From: Marinibacterium sp.
GTDB lineage: Bacteria; Pseudomonadota; Alphaproteobacteria; Rhodobacterales; Rhodobacteraceae
Reading direction: 5' to 3'
Assembly (NCBI GenBank): GCA_034670145.1
Contig: JAXMOA010000021.1
Location: 6,240 to 70,239, forward strand
Length of the DNA stretch: 64,000 bases
Part shown: piece by piece, positions 49,464-58,300 of the stretch
Layout: the number at the start of each line of letters is the position of its first letter
Numbering within the stretch: the first letter of the stretch is position 1
Notes under the pieces: model-generated
Database searches by the model: none
What the model was told of the DNA's origin: nothing
Seen by the model: the letters and a program-made list of their open reading frames with translations, nothing else
Made by a program: the position numbers and the translations under genes

Positions 49464-50639
49464 TCACTCCGGGATATCAACCAGCTTCCCACGTGGGATT
49501 TCGCAGGCCTGATCATACATCGGAAGCTCAACCAGTTCCGCCCGATACATTGCCCCATCCTTGCATTGCACCTCGATCTCGGTTCCCGGCCCATGTTCTG
49601 TGCCATTCATCAGGGCAATCCCAATTCCATGTTTCAGATAGGGCGAGCGCGCCCCGGCCGTCACCACCCCGGCAGACACCGCACCAACAGCAACAGCGCC
49701 CGAAATCAACGGCTCCCCACCCGGACATTTGATTCCGTAAGAGCGTCGGCCCTTATCCGCCCCCGCCAAAGCCGCCTTGCCAATGAAATCAGATTTGTCC
49801 GCATCCACAAATCGCCCCAACCCAACCGCATAAGGTGTTGTGGTTGAATTGAAATCTGATCCAGCGTTCAAAATCCCCGCCTCGATGCGACGGATATTCA
49901 TGGCATCCAACCCGAAAAGGTCCATGCCAAACCCGGCCCCCGCCTCTTTCAGATGCGCCCAAAGCGCATCAGGGTCATGGTGCGGCTCTGTATAAAACTC
50001 CCACCCCAACTCATTGGTGTACCCCGTGCGCGTGATGACAACATCCTGCCCGCCCAGGTTCACCCGCGTGCAGGCGAAATAAGTGAATTTCTCCGGCAGC
50101 CCGCCAGCAGCCGCCTCAAGAATCTTCAGCGCATTCGGTCCCTGAATCTGGCTGACAAAGACATCCGGATCAACAATCTCGACATCCATCCCAACGGCAT
50201 GGGCCCGCGCCCAACTATAAAAATCCCCATCTGCCTGCGCATACCAAAACCGATCCTGCGCCAATCGCAGCAAGATACCGTCAACCAGCAAACCACCGTC
50301 TTCGTAACAGGCCAGCCCATATCCACAGCGGCCGGTTTTCACCTTGGTTATGTCCTTGGTGAAAAGCTTGTCCAGCAATGCTTCTGCATCTGGCCCCCTG
50401 AATTCCAGCACATACTCACCCGTATGCAAGACCGCCGCTTGCTGGCGCAGCCGCCAATAGCCGTCCTCGGTGCTATGATCATCAAAACAAACCGCCATCA
50501 AACGACGGTTGTAGACACAATAATGGGCCCCCTTGGGACGCTCGTGTTCGTGATAAGGATGCCGGGTGATCGAATAATCCCATCCCGCCCCGGGAATATC
50601 CGACACCACACTACGTGTTTTTCCATCACCCGAACGCAT
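49464..50639 (-). CDS. aminomethyltransferase (GcvT) family protein, tetrahydrofolate-dependent demethylase-like
   Basis: 391 aa with GcvT-fold blocks (FRGPDAEALLDKLFTKD, TRTGYTNELGWEFY, GLDAMNIRRIEAG). Confidence 0.75.
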   Translation of the reverse strand: MRSGDGKTRSVVSDIPGAGWDYSITRHPYHEHERPKGAHYCVYNRRLMAVCFDDHSTEDGYWRLRQQAAVLHTGEYVLEFRGPDAEALLDKLFTKDITKVKTGRCGYGLACYEDGGLLVDGILLRLAQDRFWYAQADGDFYSWARAHAVGMDVEIVDPDVFVSQIQGPNALKILEAAAGGLPEKFTYFACTRVNLGGQDVVITRTGYTNELGWEFYTEPHHDPDALWAHLKEAGAGFGMDLFGLDAMNIRRIEAGILNAGSDFNSTTTPYAVGLGRFVDADKSDFIGKAALAGADKGRRSYGIKCPGGEPLISGAVAVGAVSAGVVTAGARSPYLKHGIGIALMNGTEHGPGTEIEVQCKDGAMYRAELVELPMYDQACEIPRGKLVDIPE

Positions 50640-50814
50640 TTTCGATCTCCCAATCCAATCATGACAACATGCGCACGAGGGGGGGGAGTTAAGAATTCAT
50701 AACCCACCCAACTGCACAAAACCGTGCGCACAATTGCCTTTGCTCCAAAATACGCAGGATTGTGACGCGCCGGAAATCATTTGATCTTCGCTCAAAAGTT
50801 AGAAAAACTAAATC

Positions 50815-51768
50815 ATGCCCAACTGGTTGCCGTCCCTGAATGCCCTGCGCGCACTGGAAGCCCTGTCCAGATGCAACAGCTATCGCGCCGCAGCCGAGGA
50901 ATTGCGGGTCACCCCCGCCGCCATCAAACAACTGGTGACCAAGCTCGAAGAGTCCTTGGGTAAAAAACTGGTAGAGCGACAAGGCCGCGGCATCGCCCTG
51001 ACCGAAGCGGCCAAAATCGCAACACCCGATCTGAACCTTGGCATGCGTCACCTGACAGATGCGGTGCATAAAATGCGCAGCCCCATCGAAACCGAGCGGC
51101 TCATCATTTCGGTCGAGGCATCGCTGGCCACAACCTGGCTGGTGCCCCGGCTCGAAAACTTTCGAGCGGTCAACCCAAACATCAATGTGCTCATCGATTC
51201 TTCCCAAAGGATCGTGGATCTGACCCGCTCGGACGTGGACATCGCCATCAGATACGGGGTCACCAATCCCGCTGGTCTGGTCGTGCTGCGCCTGTTTGAC
51301 GATCTGGTGCATCCAGCGTGCAGCCCTTCAATGGCCAGGCAATTGCCAGCACTGTCATCCCTGGATCAACTGGCCGACGTCCCCCTGATCCACTGGGACA
51401 TGTCCCGACTTCCCTGGGCAAAAGAGACGGTAAAATGGTTTGATTGGTCCGAATGGGCAAAAAGGGCTGGATTGCCGGCATTGGACACCACACGCGGCTT
51501 GCGGTTCAACGACTATGGGTTGGCCATACAGGCCGCCATTTCAGGTCAGGGGTTTGTCTTGGCCAGCTGGCCAATTCTCCAGGATCAACTGGATGCCGGG
51601 CTGCTCGTCAAACCATTCCAAAACAGCGCTCTGAAAACAGGGATCGGCTATGATCTCGTAACCACCCAACAGGCCCGGACCAGACCGGCGGTTGCGACGT
51701 TCTGCAACTGGATCCAACAACACGCAGCCACGACCCAGACCAGGTCACACAGCCCCCCGTTGGCTTGA
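50815..51768 (+). CDS. LysR-family transcriptional regulator (GcvA-like)
   Basis: N-terminus LPSLNALRALEALSRCNSYRAAAEELRVTPAAIKQLVTKLEE. Confidence 0.88.
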   Translation: MPNWLPSLNALRALEALSRCNSYRAAAEELRVTPAAIKQLVTKLEESLGKKLVERQGRGIALTEAAKIATPDLNLGMRHLTDAVHKMRSPIETERLIISVEASLATTWLVPRLENFRAVNPNINVLIDSSQRIVDLTRSDVDIAIRYGVTNPAGLVVLRLFDDLVHPACSPSMARQLPALSSLDQLADVPLIHWDMSRLPWAKETVKWFDWSEWAKRAGLPALDTTRGLRFNDYGLAIQAAISGQGFVLASWPILQDQLDAGLLVKPFQNSALKTGIGYDLVTTQQARTRPAVATFCNWIQQHAATTQTRSHSPPLA

Positions 51769-51841
51769 TGACAGGCGGCGCATTGCCATCCTGCCCACCC
51801 CCACCGATCCGCAGGTTTCGATCAAAGCCTGAAACGCAGGC

Positions 51842-52495
51842 TTGACCAACACAGTTGTTCCCCAGATGACAGGACAGACACAAATCGAGGGAAAGACCGT
51901 GAAAACAACCATTTTGGGCGGAGTTCTGTTTCTGATACCAGTCGCGTTTGTTGCCATCGTTTTGGACAAAGCATTTCAGGTAAGCATGTTGATGGCGCAA
52001 CCGCTCGACGGTCTGATCCCATTGGACAGGCTCGCCGGTATCGCAATGGCCAACATCATTGCCATTTTGCTGATCATTTTGATTTGCCTGGCCGCCGGGC
52101 TTGCCGCCCAGACCGCATTATTCTCCAAACGGGTGGGACGCGTGGACAATATCCTGATCGACATGATGCCAGGATATGCCGTCGCCAAGGGGATCCTCGG
52201 TGGAGTCACCGGCAAGGAAAACGGCCCGGACCTGCTCAAACCGGTTCTGGTCAGGTTCGACGACTATGATCAAATCGCCTTCGCGGTCGAACAGATGGAT
52301 GATCGGTATGTCATCTTCCTGCCCGGATCGCCCTCGGCCTGGTCCGGCACCTCCGTTATCGTCGACGCAGACCGGGTAACGGCGCTGGATCTGCCGCCAC
52401 ATCAGGCCGTCAGCCTGCTGCGTGTCATGGGGCGCGGGATGTCTAAGATTGAGCTCCCCGATGCCCGTCCCGCCACTTTGAAACAAAGCAACTGA
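51842..52495 (+). CDS. DUF502-family membrane protein
   Basis: Two TM segments and a DUF502-like core. Start uncertain (TTG 51842, ATG 51866). Confidence 0.65.
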   Translation: MTNTVVPQMTGQTQIEGKTVKTTILGGVLFLIPVAFVAIVLDKAFQVSMLMAQPLDGLIPLDRLAGIAMANIIAILLIILICLAAGLAAQTALFSKRVGRVDNILIDMMPGYAVAKGILGGVTGKENGPDLLKPVLVRFDDYDQIAFAVEQMDDRYVIFLPGSPSAWSGTSVIVDADRVTALDLPPHQAVSLLRVMGRGMSKIELPDARPATLKQSN

Positions 52496-52778
52496 GTGGG
52501 GGCCCATCGCGGCTCTGCCATCATCAAACATGCGCGGGCAAGGCACAGCCACCCGGCCATATGCCGCCCGCAAAGGATCCAGGCACCTGCACGCTATTCG
52601 AACCCTTGTAAAACATGATCACTACAAGCGGCTGAGGAGGCCAGCGAAAACCTCTGGCCTCAACGATTTGCAGCCAAACGCACGAAAACGACAGCTTTGA
52701 AACCAAAGAGGTGATATCACTCCACAACGGACCGGCACGTCGGTCACGCTCCTCCAACAGTTTGCAAAGGTGTACCGA

Positions 52779-53330
52779 ATGATCGAAGTCTATTCGATGC
52801 CAAACGCGTTCACCGCTGGAGAATGTGACAGGATTATCGCGACAACGGCCAAACGGCGCGCCAAAGAAGCCCTGTTGGTCGGTCAACAGCGCAATCACAA
52901 CCTGCGCCAGGCCGAACTGGTTTGGCTCGATGATGTTGATGGCATGGGCTGGGTAATGGACCGGCTGATCGAACTGGTGAGCAATTCCAACAAGGATCTG
53001 TTTGACTTCGATCTGCGCGAATTTGCAGAAAGCCCCCAGATCGCCTGTTACCAATCCTCCAACGCCGGTCATTTCGCATGGCATTCAGATATCGGTGACG
53101 GGGTCGCCGCAGGCCGACGAAAATTGACATTGGTCCTGCAATTGAGCCGACCCGCCATGTACGAGGGCGGCAATCTGGAAATGATGCCAAATGCCCATAT
53201 CGTCACCGCCAACCGGGCGCAGGGCTGCGCCAGTATCTTTCCCAGCTTTTCACTTCATCAGGTCACCCCGGTGACCAGCGGCGTGCGCCATTCGTTGACC
53301 GTTTGGGCCCATGGCCCTGCCTTTCGCTAA
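52779..53330 (+). CDS. 2OG-Fe(II) oxygenase, prolyl-4-hydroxylase-like small type
   Basis: HxD (WHSDIGDG), distal His and Arg (LHQVTPVTSGVRHSLTVW), RKLTLVLQLS block. ATG 52779 is preferred over GTG 52770. Confidence 0.75.
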   Translation: MIEVYSMPNAFTAGECDRIIATTAKRRAKEALLVGQQRNHNLRQAELVWLDDVDGMGWVMDRLIELVSNSNKDLFDFDLREFAESPQIACYQSSNAGHFAWHSDIGDGVAAGRRKLTLVLQLSRPAMYEGGNLEMMPNAHIVTANRAQGCASIFPSFSLHQVTPVTSGVRHSLTVWAHGPAFR

Positions 53331-53394
53331 ACCAAAATCTCGCGCGGGCCAAAGAGCGGCCTTCCCCGCTGGCATCCAATCCAGGAAAACAGAC

Positions 53395-53676
53395 ATGACA
53401 GAAGAAAATGAAACCGGCGCAATCGTGCATTACATCTGCCAGACATATGTTGAGCAGAAAGGCACCCGAGGCAAACCATCGGGTCTCAAAATCGGAAAAC
53501 AACTCCAATACACAACCGCCAGAGAGGCCGAAAACCGTGCAGAACGCGAACTGCGGTCCGAAGGTTGCATCGGCGTCGACGCCTATATGATTGTAGAAGA
53601 TCCAGCCTCCGGAGAAGTCGGCGATCCAACCTTTCTTGTCCGATTGGGAAACGTCCCTGACGATGATGCGTCCTGA
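53395..53676 (+). CDS. hypothetical small protein (93 aa)
   Basis: ATG 53395 (MTEENETGAIVHYICQTYVEQKG...). Composition is protein-like and it is co-directional with its neighbours. I recognise no family. Confidence 0.45.
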   Translation: MTEENETGAIVHYICQTYVEQKGTRGKPSGLKIGKQLQYTTAREAENRAERELRSEGCIGVDAYMIVEDPASGEVGDPTFLVRLGNVPDDDAS

Positions 53677-53884
53677 GCTCACTTCAGCGACACCATCCGC
53701 GCTCAATTGCTGCTAAGCCGCGCGAATGGTTTATGCTACCGGCCTTTCCCCTCTTGGGGTCACATACACAAAATTGCGGAACTGGCGCCGTATTGTGACC
53801 CGACAAGGCAGTTGCTGTTGCCAGTCAGGTCTTTTGTACGCAGTCTACAAGGGCCAACCAGATTGGCGCATAGGGAGAGAGACC

Positions 53885-54664
53885 ATGAAAAACAGTGTAC
53901 TTGTCGGCGCGCTTTCACTCACCAATTTTTGTCTTTTCACCACCTCTGCCTTGGCGAACTGGACCTACAATGGACCGCCCTATCCAAATGCCTCTATTCA
54001 AACCAACGACATGACCCTGGCGGTGCAATGCGACAGGATCAGGTTCGCTCCTGCAGGGTATGAGGATTCGCAGGACATTGTGCAAAAGAACGGCCTTACC
54101 TTTCGGTTTCTGGCAAACGGTTCGCAGGAGGCAGCGTCTTTCCAGCTGGGACGCGAAAACGCGTTCGTCCAGATCGTCGACAACTATCCCGTGGAGATCC
54201 AGTTCAGCGATCAGGCAGATTATGCGTTCGTCCTCGACCAGATTGCTGCAAACGCCACCTTGAACCTCTCGATGGTCGATCAAGACGTCAGCTACGGTAT
54301 TTTTGACCTCAAGGGATCGAGTGCAGCCATCCAATCACTCCGGGCCGAATGTGGTGCATCAGCCCAAACTTCCGTGCCGATGGAAGCGCCAGAGGGCGTG
54401 GTTTATTGTGGTGGCGATGGCATCAAACGGCAAATCGAGTTCGTGATCCTCGATGATGCCACCGATGAGTGGGATGCGCGAGTCACCGCGAACGGCGAAA
54501 CACAGCGGGCAATGACCTCCTACAGCTATTTCGGCAACTCCGAACCGGTAAAGGATTTCGTGGTTGCCTTGCTGGCCGAGGATCGATCCGAGTTTCTGAT
54601 CTTCCGCAGCAAGAATGAAAACTGGCTGGAATTCGGAGATTACAGGTACGACCAATGCAACTGA
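53885..54664 (+). CDS. hypothetical secreted protein (259 aa)
   Basis: ATG 53885 gives signal peptide MKNSVLVGALSLTNFCLFTTSALA|NW. I recognise no family. Confidence 0.6.
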   Translation: MKNSVLVGALSLTNFCLFTTSALANWTYNGPPYPNASIQTNDMTLAVQCDRIRFAPAGYEDSQDIVQKNGLTFRFLANGSQEAASFQLGRENAFVQIVDNYPVEIQFSDQADYAFVLDQIAANATLNLSMVDQDVSYGIFDLKGSSAAIQSLRAECGASAQTSVPMEAPEGVVYCGGDGIKRQIEFVILDDATDEWDARVTANGETQRAMTSYSYFGNSEPVKDFVVALLAEDRSEFLIFRSKNENWLEFGDYRYDQCN

Positions 54665-55182
54665 CAAAAACACCCAGCCATAAATCCCAGCCCAATCAAA
54701 GCCTCACCCTCCTGTGCAGCCTGCTGTTTGCCACGGCGGCAACCCTGTCGTCCCCGGCCCTTGCTTCGCAGATATCCGAGCTACCGGCGCCGCTGCAACA
54801 AAAGGTGGATCAGGGCCAACAGGCCTGCTCTGACTTCGAAAACGGCACGTTCACGTTGGAGTGGGGCGCTGTGACCCGTGTGGACCTCGACGGAGATCTG
54901 CGACCAGACTGGGCCCTGAACGAGGCGTTCTTCACCTGCTCGTCAGCCGCGTCCCTCTATTGTGGCACGGGCGGATGCATGTCGCATTTCCTGGTGGGCG
55001 ACACGCTCTCCTCTGTACTCAACCGAGGTTGGGATGTCGTGGATCTTGGCCCCAACCGAGTGCTTCTGACGGACGTCCACGGATCGCAATGTGGCGGCAT
55101 CAACCCAACGCCCTGCGTCACGACCAGCACCTGGGACACTCAGACCGCCCAATGGCGCAGCGCCGTGACCGCGTGGGAATGA
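54655..55182 (+). CDS. hypothetical secreted Cys-containing protein (175 aa)
   Basis: Signal peptide ...LLCSLLFATAATLSSPALA|SQ. Mature part carries several Cys (CSDFENG, FTCSS, YCGTGGC, CGGINPTPC). Start overlaps the upstream stop by 10 nt. Confidence 0.6.
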   Translation: MQLTKTPSHKSQPNQSLTLLCSLLFATAATLSSPALASQISELPAPLQQKVDQGQQACSDFENGTFTLEWGAVTRVDLDGDLRPDWALNEAFFTCSSAASLYCGTGGCMSHFLVGDTLSSVLNRGWDVVDLGPNRVLLTDVHGSQCGGINPTPCVTTSTWDTQTAQWRSAVTAWE

Positions 55183-55384
55183 AACGCTGAATGCCCCCTG
55201 CGCACATCCCCCCAACGCGACCGGGCTGCCCCCCAATGAAGTGGTTCACCTCCATAGTTGGGCAAGCGCGCCAATCGCCTTTGGAATGCTGTCTATTGTT
55301 GCAGTTTGGTTCACGTAAGGATTGTGATACAAACGTCAAAACCTATCTATTTTTAAGGCGACTCTGTAGAAACAAGGAGGCGTA

Positions 55385-58300
55385 TTGGTAATGTCAGGTT
55401 CGACGTATTATTTCTATTGGACAAACGGCGACGACACGTACTGGGGCTACACCTATGACGCGGACGAGTCGCAGGGTTTGTCTTTGGACTATCAAGTCGA
55501 CGTCACCGACGAACATGGGGCCGCTGCGTATTTCTATGTGACGGACGTGGTCAGTGGCGATGCAGAGAACCTGGGGACGGACGCAGACGATCGGACCGCT
55601 CTGACCCAGTATTATGACTCTCTGACCGGCAACTACGATGTTCCTTCTTTGTATGCCGTCAGAGGCTGGTCCATCCCGGCGAGTTCCTCTGTCGGTGGCA
55701 TGCTGGCGACCTCTGACACTGTGAATTTAGGAGTTTCCGGCAATGAGGAGGGGCGTTTTGGCTACAACACCTCCACCGGCTATTATGAAGAGGCCAATGG
55801 TCAGCCTGACGCAACCACCTACCATTTCTACTGGACCAATGGTGACGATCACTTTTACGGGTATATCTACGATGCAGATGGGTCCCAGGGCCTGTATGTC
55901 GGTTACACATATGAACTGAATGACGAAAACGGCCTGCCCAGCTCATACAGGGTTTTCGACAGCGAAGCAGGCAATGTTTACGAGCTGTCCGACGATGCCG
56001 GACGTTTCACCAATTACTATGACGCAGAGTCGGACACGACGGTCACCTCTTTCAGGTACTCTGGGGCCAGGGTGGATCCATATGACTACTTCAATTCCAG
56101 TGGTTCCGAAACAGGTACCATGGAATCCAGCACGGCCTATGCTTGGCGGACGTTGGGCGAATTTGGTGAGGTGCTTACTGTAGGCCTGTTTGGGGCCGGC
56201 TATGAGGCGGATGATCCAAGTCTGGGCGATGTCCAGCACTACACGCATTATTTCTACTGGTACAACGGCACCGATTCATTTCGCGGCTACACCTATGACC
56301 AAAATGAATCCCAGGGGCTTTACGAAGGATACCGCTTTACCTCTACGGATGAAACCGGCGCTTCGGGTTACTATTACGTTTATGAAAGCGTGCTGGGCAA
56401 TGCAGAGGGGCTGTTGGACGATTACGTTGCCTTCACCTTCTATTACGACGGTGAAATCGAACAATATGATTACGACCCCTATTACACCACGCTCAATGGC
56501 TATGCGGGCACGGCCGGCATGCTCGCAGCGCTGGACTATGTGGATTTTGGCGATGGCGACCTGCTGGACGGAGAGTTCGGCTATTACGGCTATTACGAAG
56601 CTGAGGCGTCCAACGGCTTAACCTATGCCTATTTCTGGTCGAACGGGTACGATATGTACTACGGGTATACGTTCGATGATGACGGGTCACAGGGCCTGTC
56701 GGTTGGCTATACCTATTCGTCCACGGATGAAAACGGGCTGTGGGGCTATTACTATGTCTACAGCACCACCTTCAACAACACCTACAATCTGGACGAAGAC
56801 GGGGCCTTTCATCTGTTCTATTATGACGGTGAAACCGGGGCTTATGATTATGATCCGCTGCTGAGCACCGAAGACGGGCAGGCGGCCGGGTCAGGCATGC
56901 TGGGGTCGTTCGATTATGTGGATTTCGGCAATGGCGGTTATGCGGGTGGCGATTATGGGTACTACGGATATTTCGAGGCCGATGATCAGAACCTGTCTGG
57001 CACCACCTATGCCTACTACTGGTACAACGGGTTTGATTGCTACTACGGGTACACCTTTGATTCTGATGGCTCGCAGGGCCTTTATGATGGCTATCTGCAT
57101 TACACGACCGATGAAAACGGCCTGAGCGGGTATTACTACGTTTACAGCTCGACCGATCAGAACAGCCATCTGCTGACCGAAGACGCGGCCTTTCACGACT
57201 ATTATTACGACTATGCCACCGACACCTACGACTGGGACCCGTATTATTCGGACGGGGCCGGTTACGCCTATGGCACGGGTATGCTGGGGTCTTATGACCG
57301 GGTTGATTTTGACAACGGCGACTATACCGAGGGGACCTATGGTGACTACGGCTATTACGAGGCCGAGAATGTCGAAGAAGGGTTCACATTTTATTACTAC
57401 TGGACCAACGGCTATGACAGCTATCGCGGCTACACATTCGACCTGGACGGCTCGCAAGGGCTGTATGAGGGGTATCAGTATGATGCGACGGATGAGAACG
57501 ACTATGCCGGGTTCTACTATGTGGACGCGGCCGAGCATGGGGACGTTGAGGGGCTGGGCGGCGATGACCTGGTCGCGCATCAGTACTATTATGACTATGA
57601 AACAGGGCTGTTTGACCTTGATCCGGTACTGACCACAACCGATGGACATGCGGCCGGGTATGGCATGCTGGACTCATACGACTACGTCGAATTTGACGAT
57701 GGGGATTACATCACCGGTCTCTACGGCGCCCATGGCTATTACGAAGCGGACGAATACGGGGCCACTTATTACTACTATTGGATCGATGGCGACGGGCAAG
57801 ACTACTACTACGGCTACACCTTTGACGGAGATGGCTCACAGGGGCTGTACGCCGGGTATGTCTGGTCTGTGGATGACAGCCAATACGCCGACGATGACCA
57901 TAGCGGGTATTACTATGTCTACGAGGCAGTCTACGGGAACCCAAATGGTCTGCTCGAAGACTATGCCGTTCATCAAAGCTACTATGACTACGAATCCAAT
58001 CAGTATGACTATGACCCGGAATATACGACGCTCTACGGCGAGGCCTATGGGTCAGGCATGATCCAATCCTATGACCGGGTGGATTTTGACGATGGAGATT
58101 ATACGGGCGGCGACTACGGAAATTATGGCGGCGAGGCTGAAAATGAAACCGGGCCCGGTACAACCTATTCCTATATCTGGTCCAACGGGTATGACTATTA
58201 CTATGGCCACGTCTATGACTACTATGGCGACAGTTCCGGACTGTATGTGGGCTACACTGTCGATGCGATAGAGGAAAACGGTCTCGACTCATACTATTAC

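Noticed and set aside
52637-52661. The hairpin GAGGCCAG-(9 nt)-CTGGCCTC downstream of the DUF502 gene, considered as a terminator.
   Set aside because: No T-tract follows it, and it lies about 140 nt past the stop. It is plausible as RNA structure but not supportable as an intrinsic terminator.
56891-57649. A 252-aa antisense ORF inside the repeat-protein gene, rich in Ile, Val and Pro. Other internal ORFs in alternative frames are similar (57711..58292 -, 57642..58061 +).
   Set aside because: They are mirror images of Tyr/Asp codons (GTA/ATA/ATC). They have no ribosome-binding site. The repeat periodicity and synonymous-site variation support only the + frame that starts at 55385.
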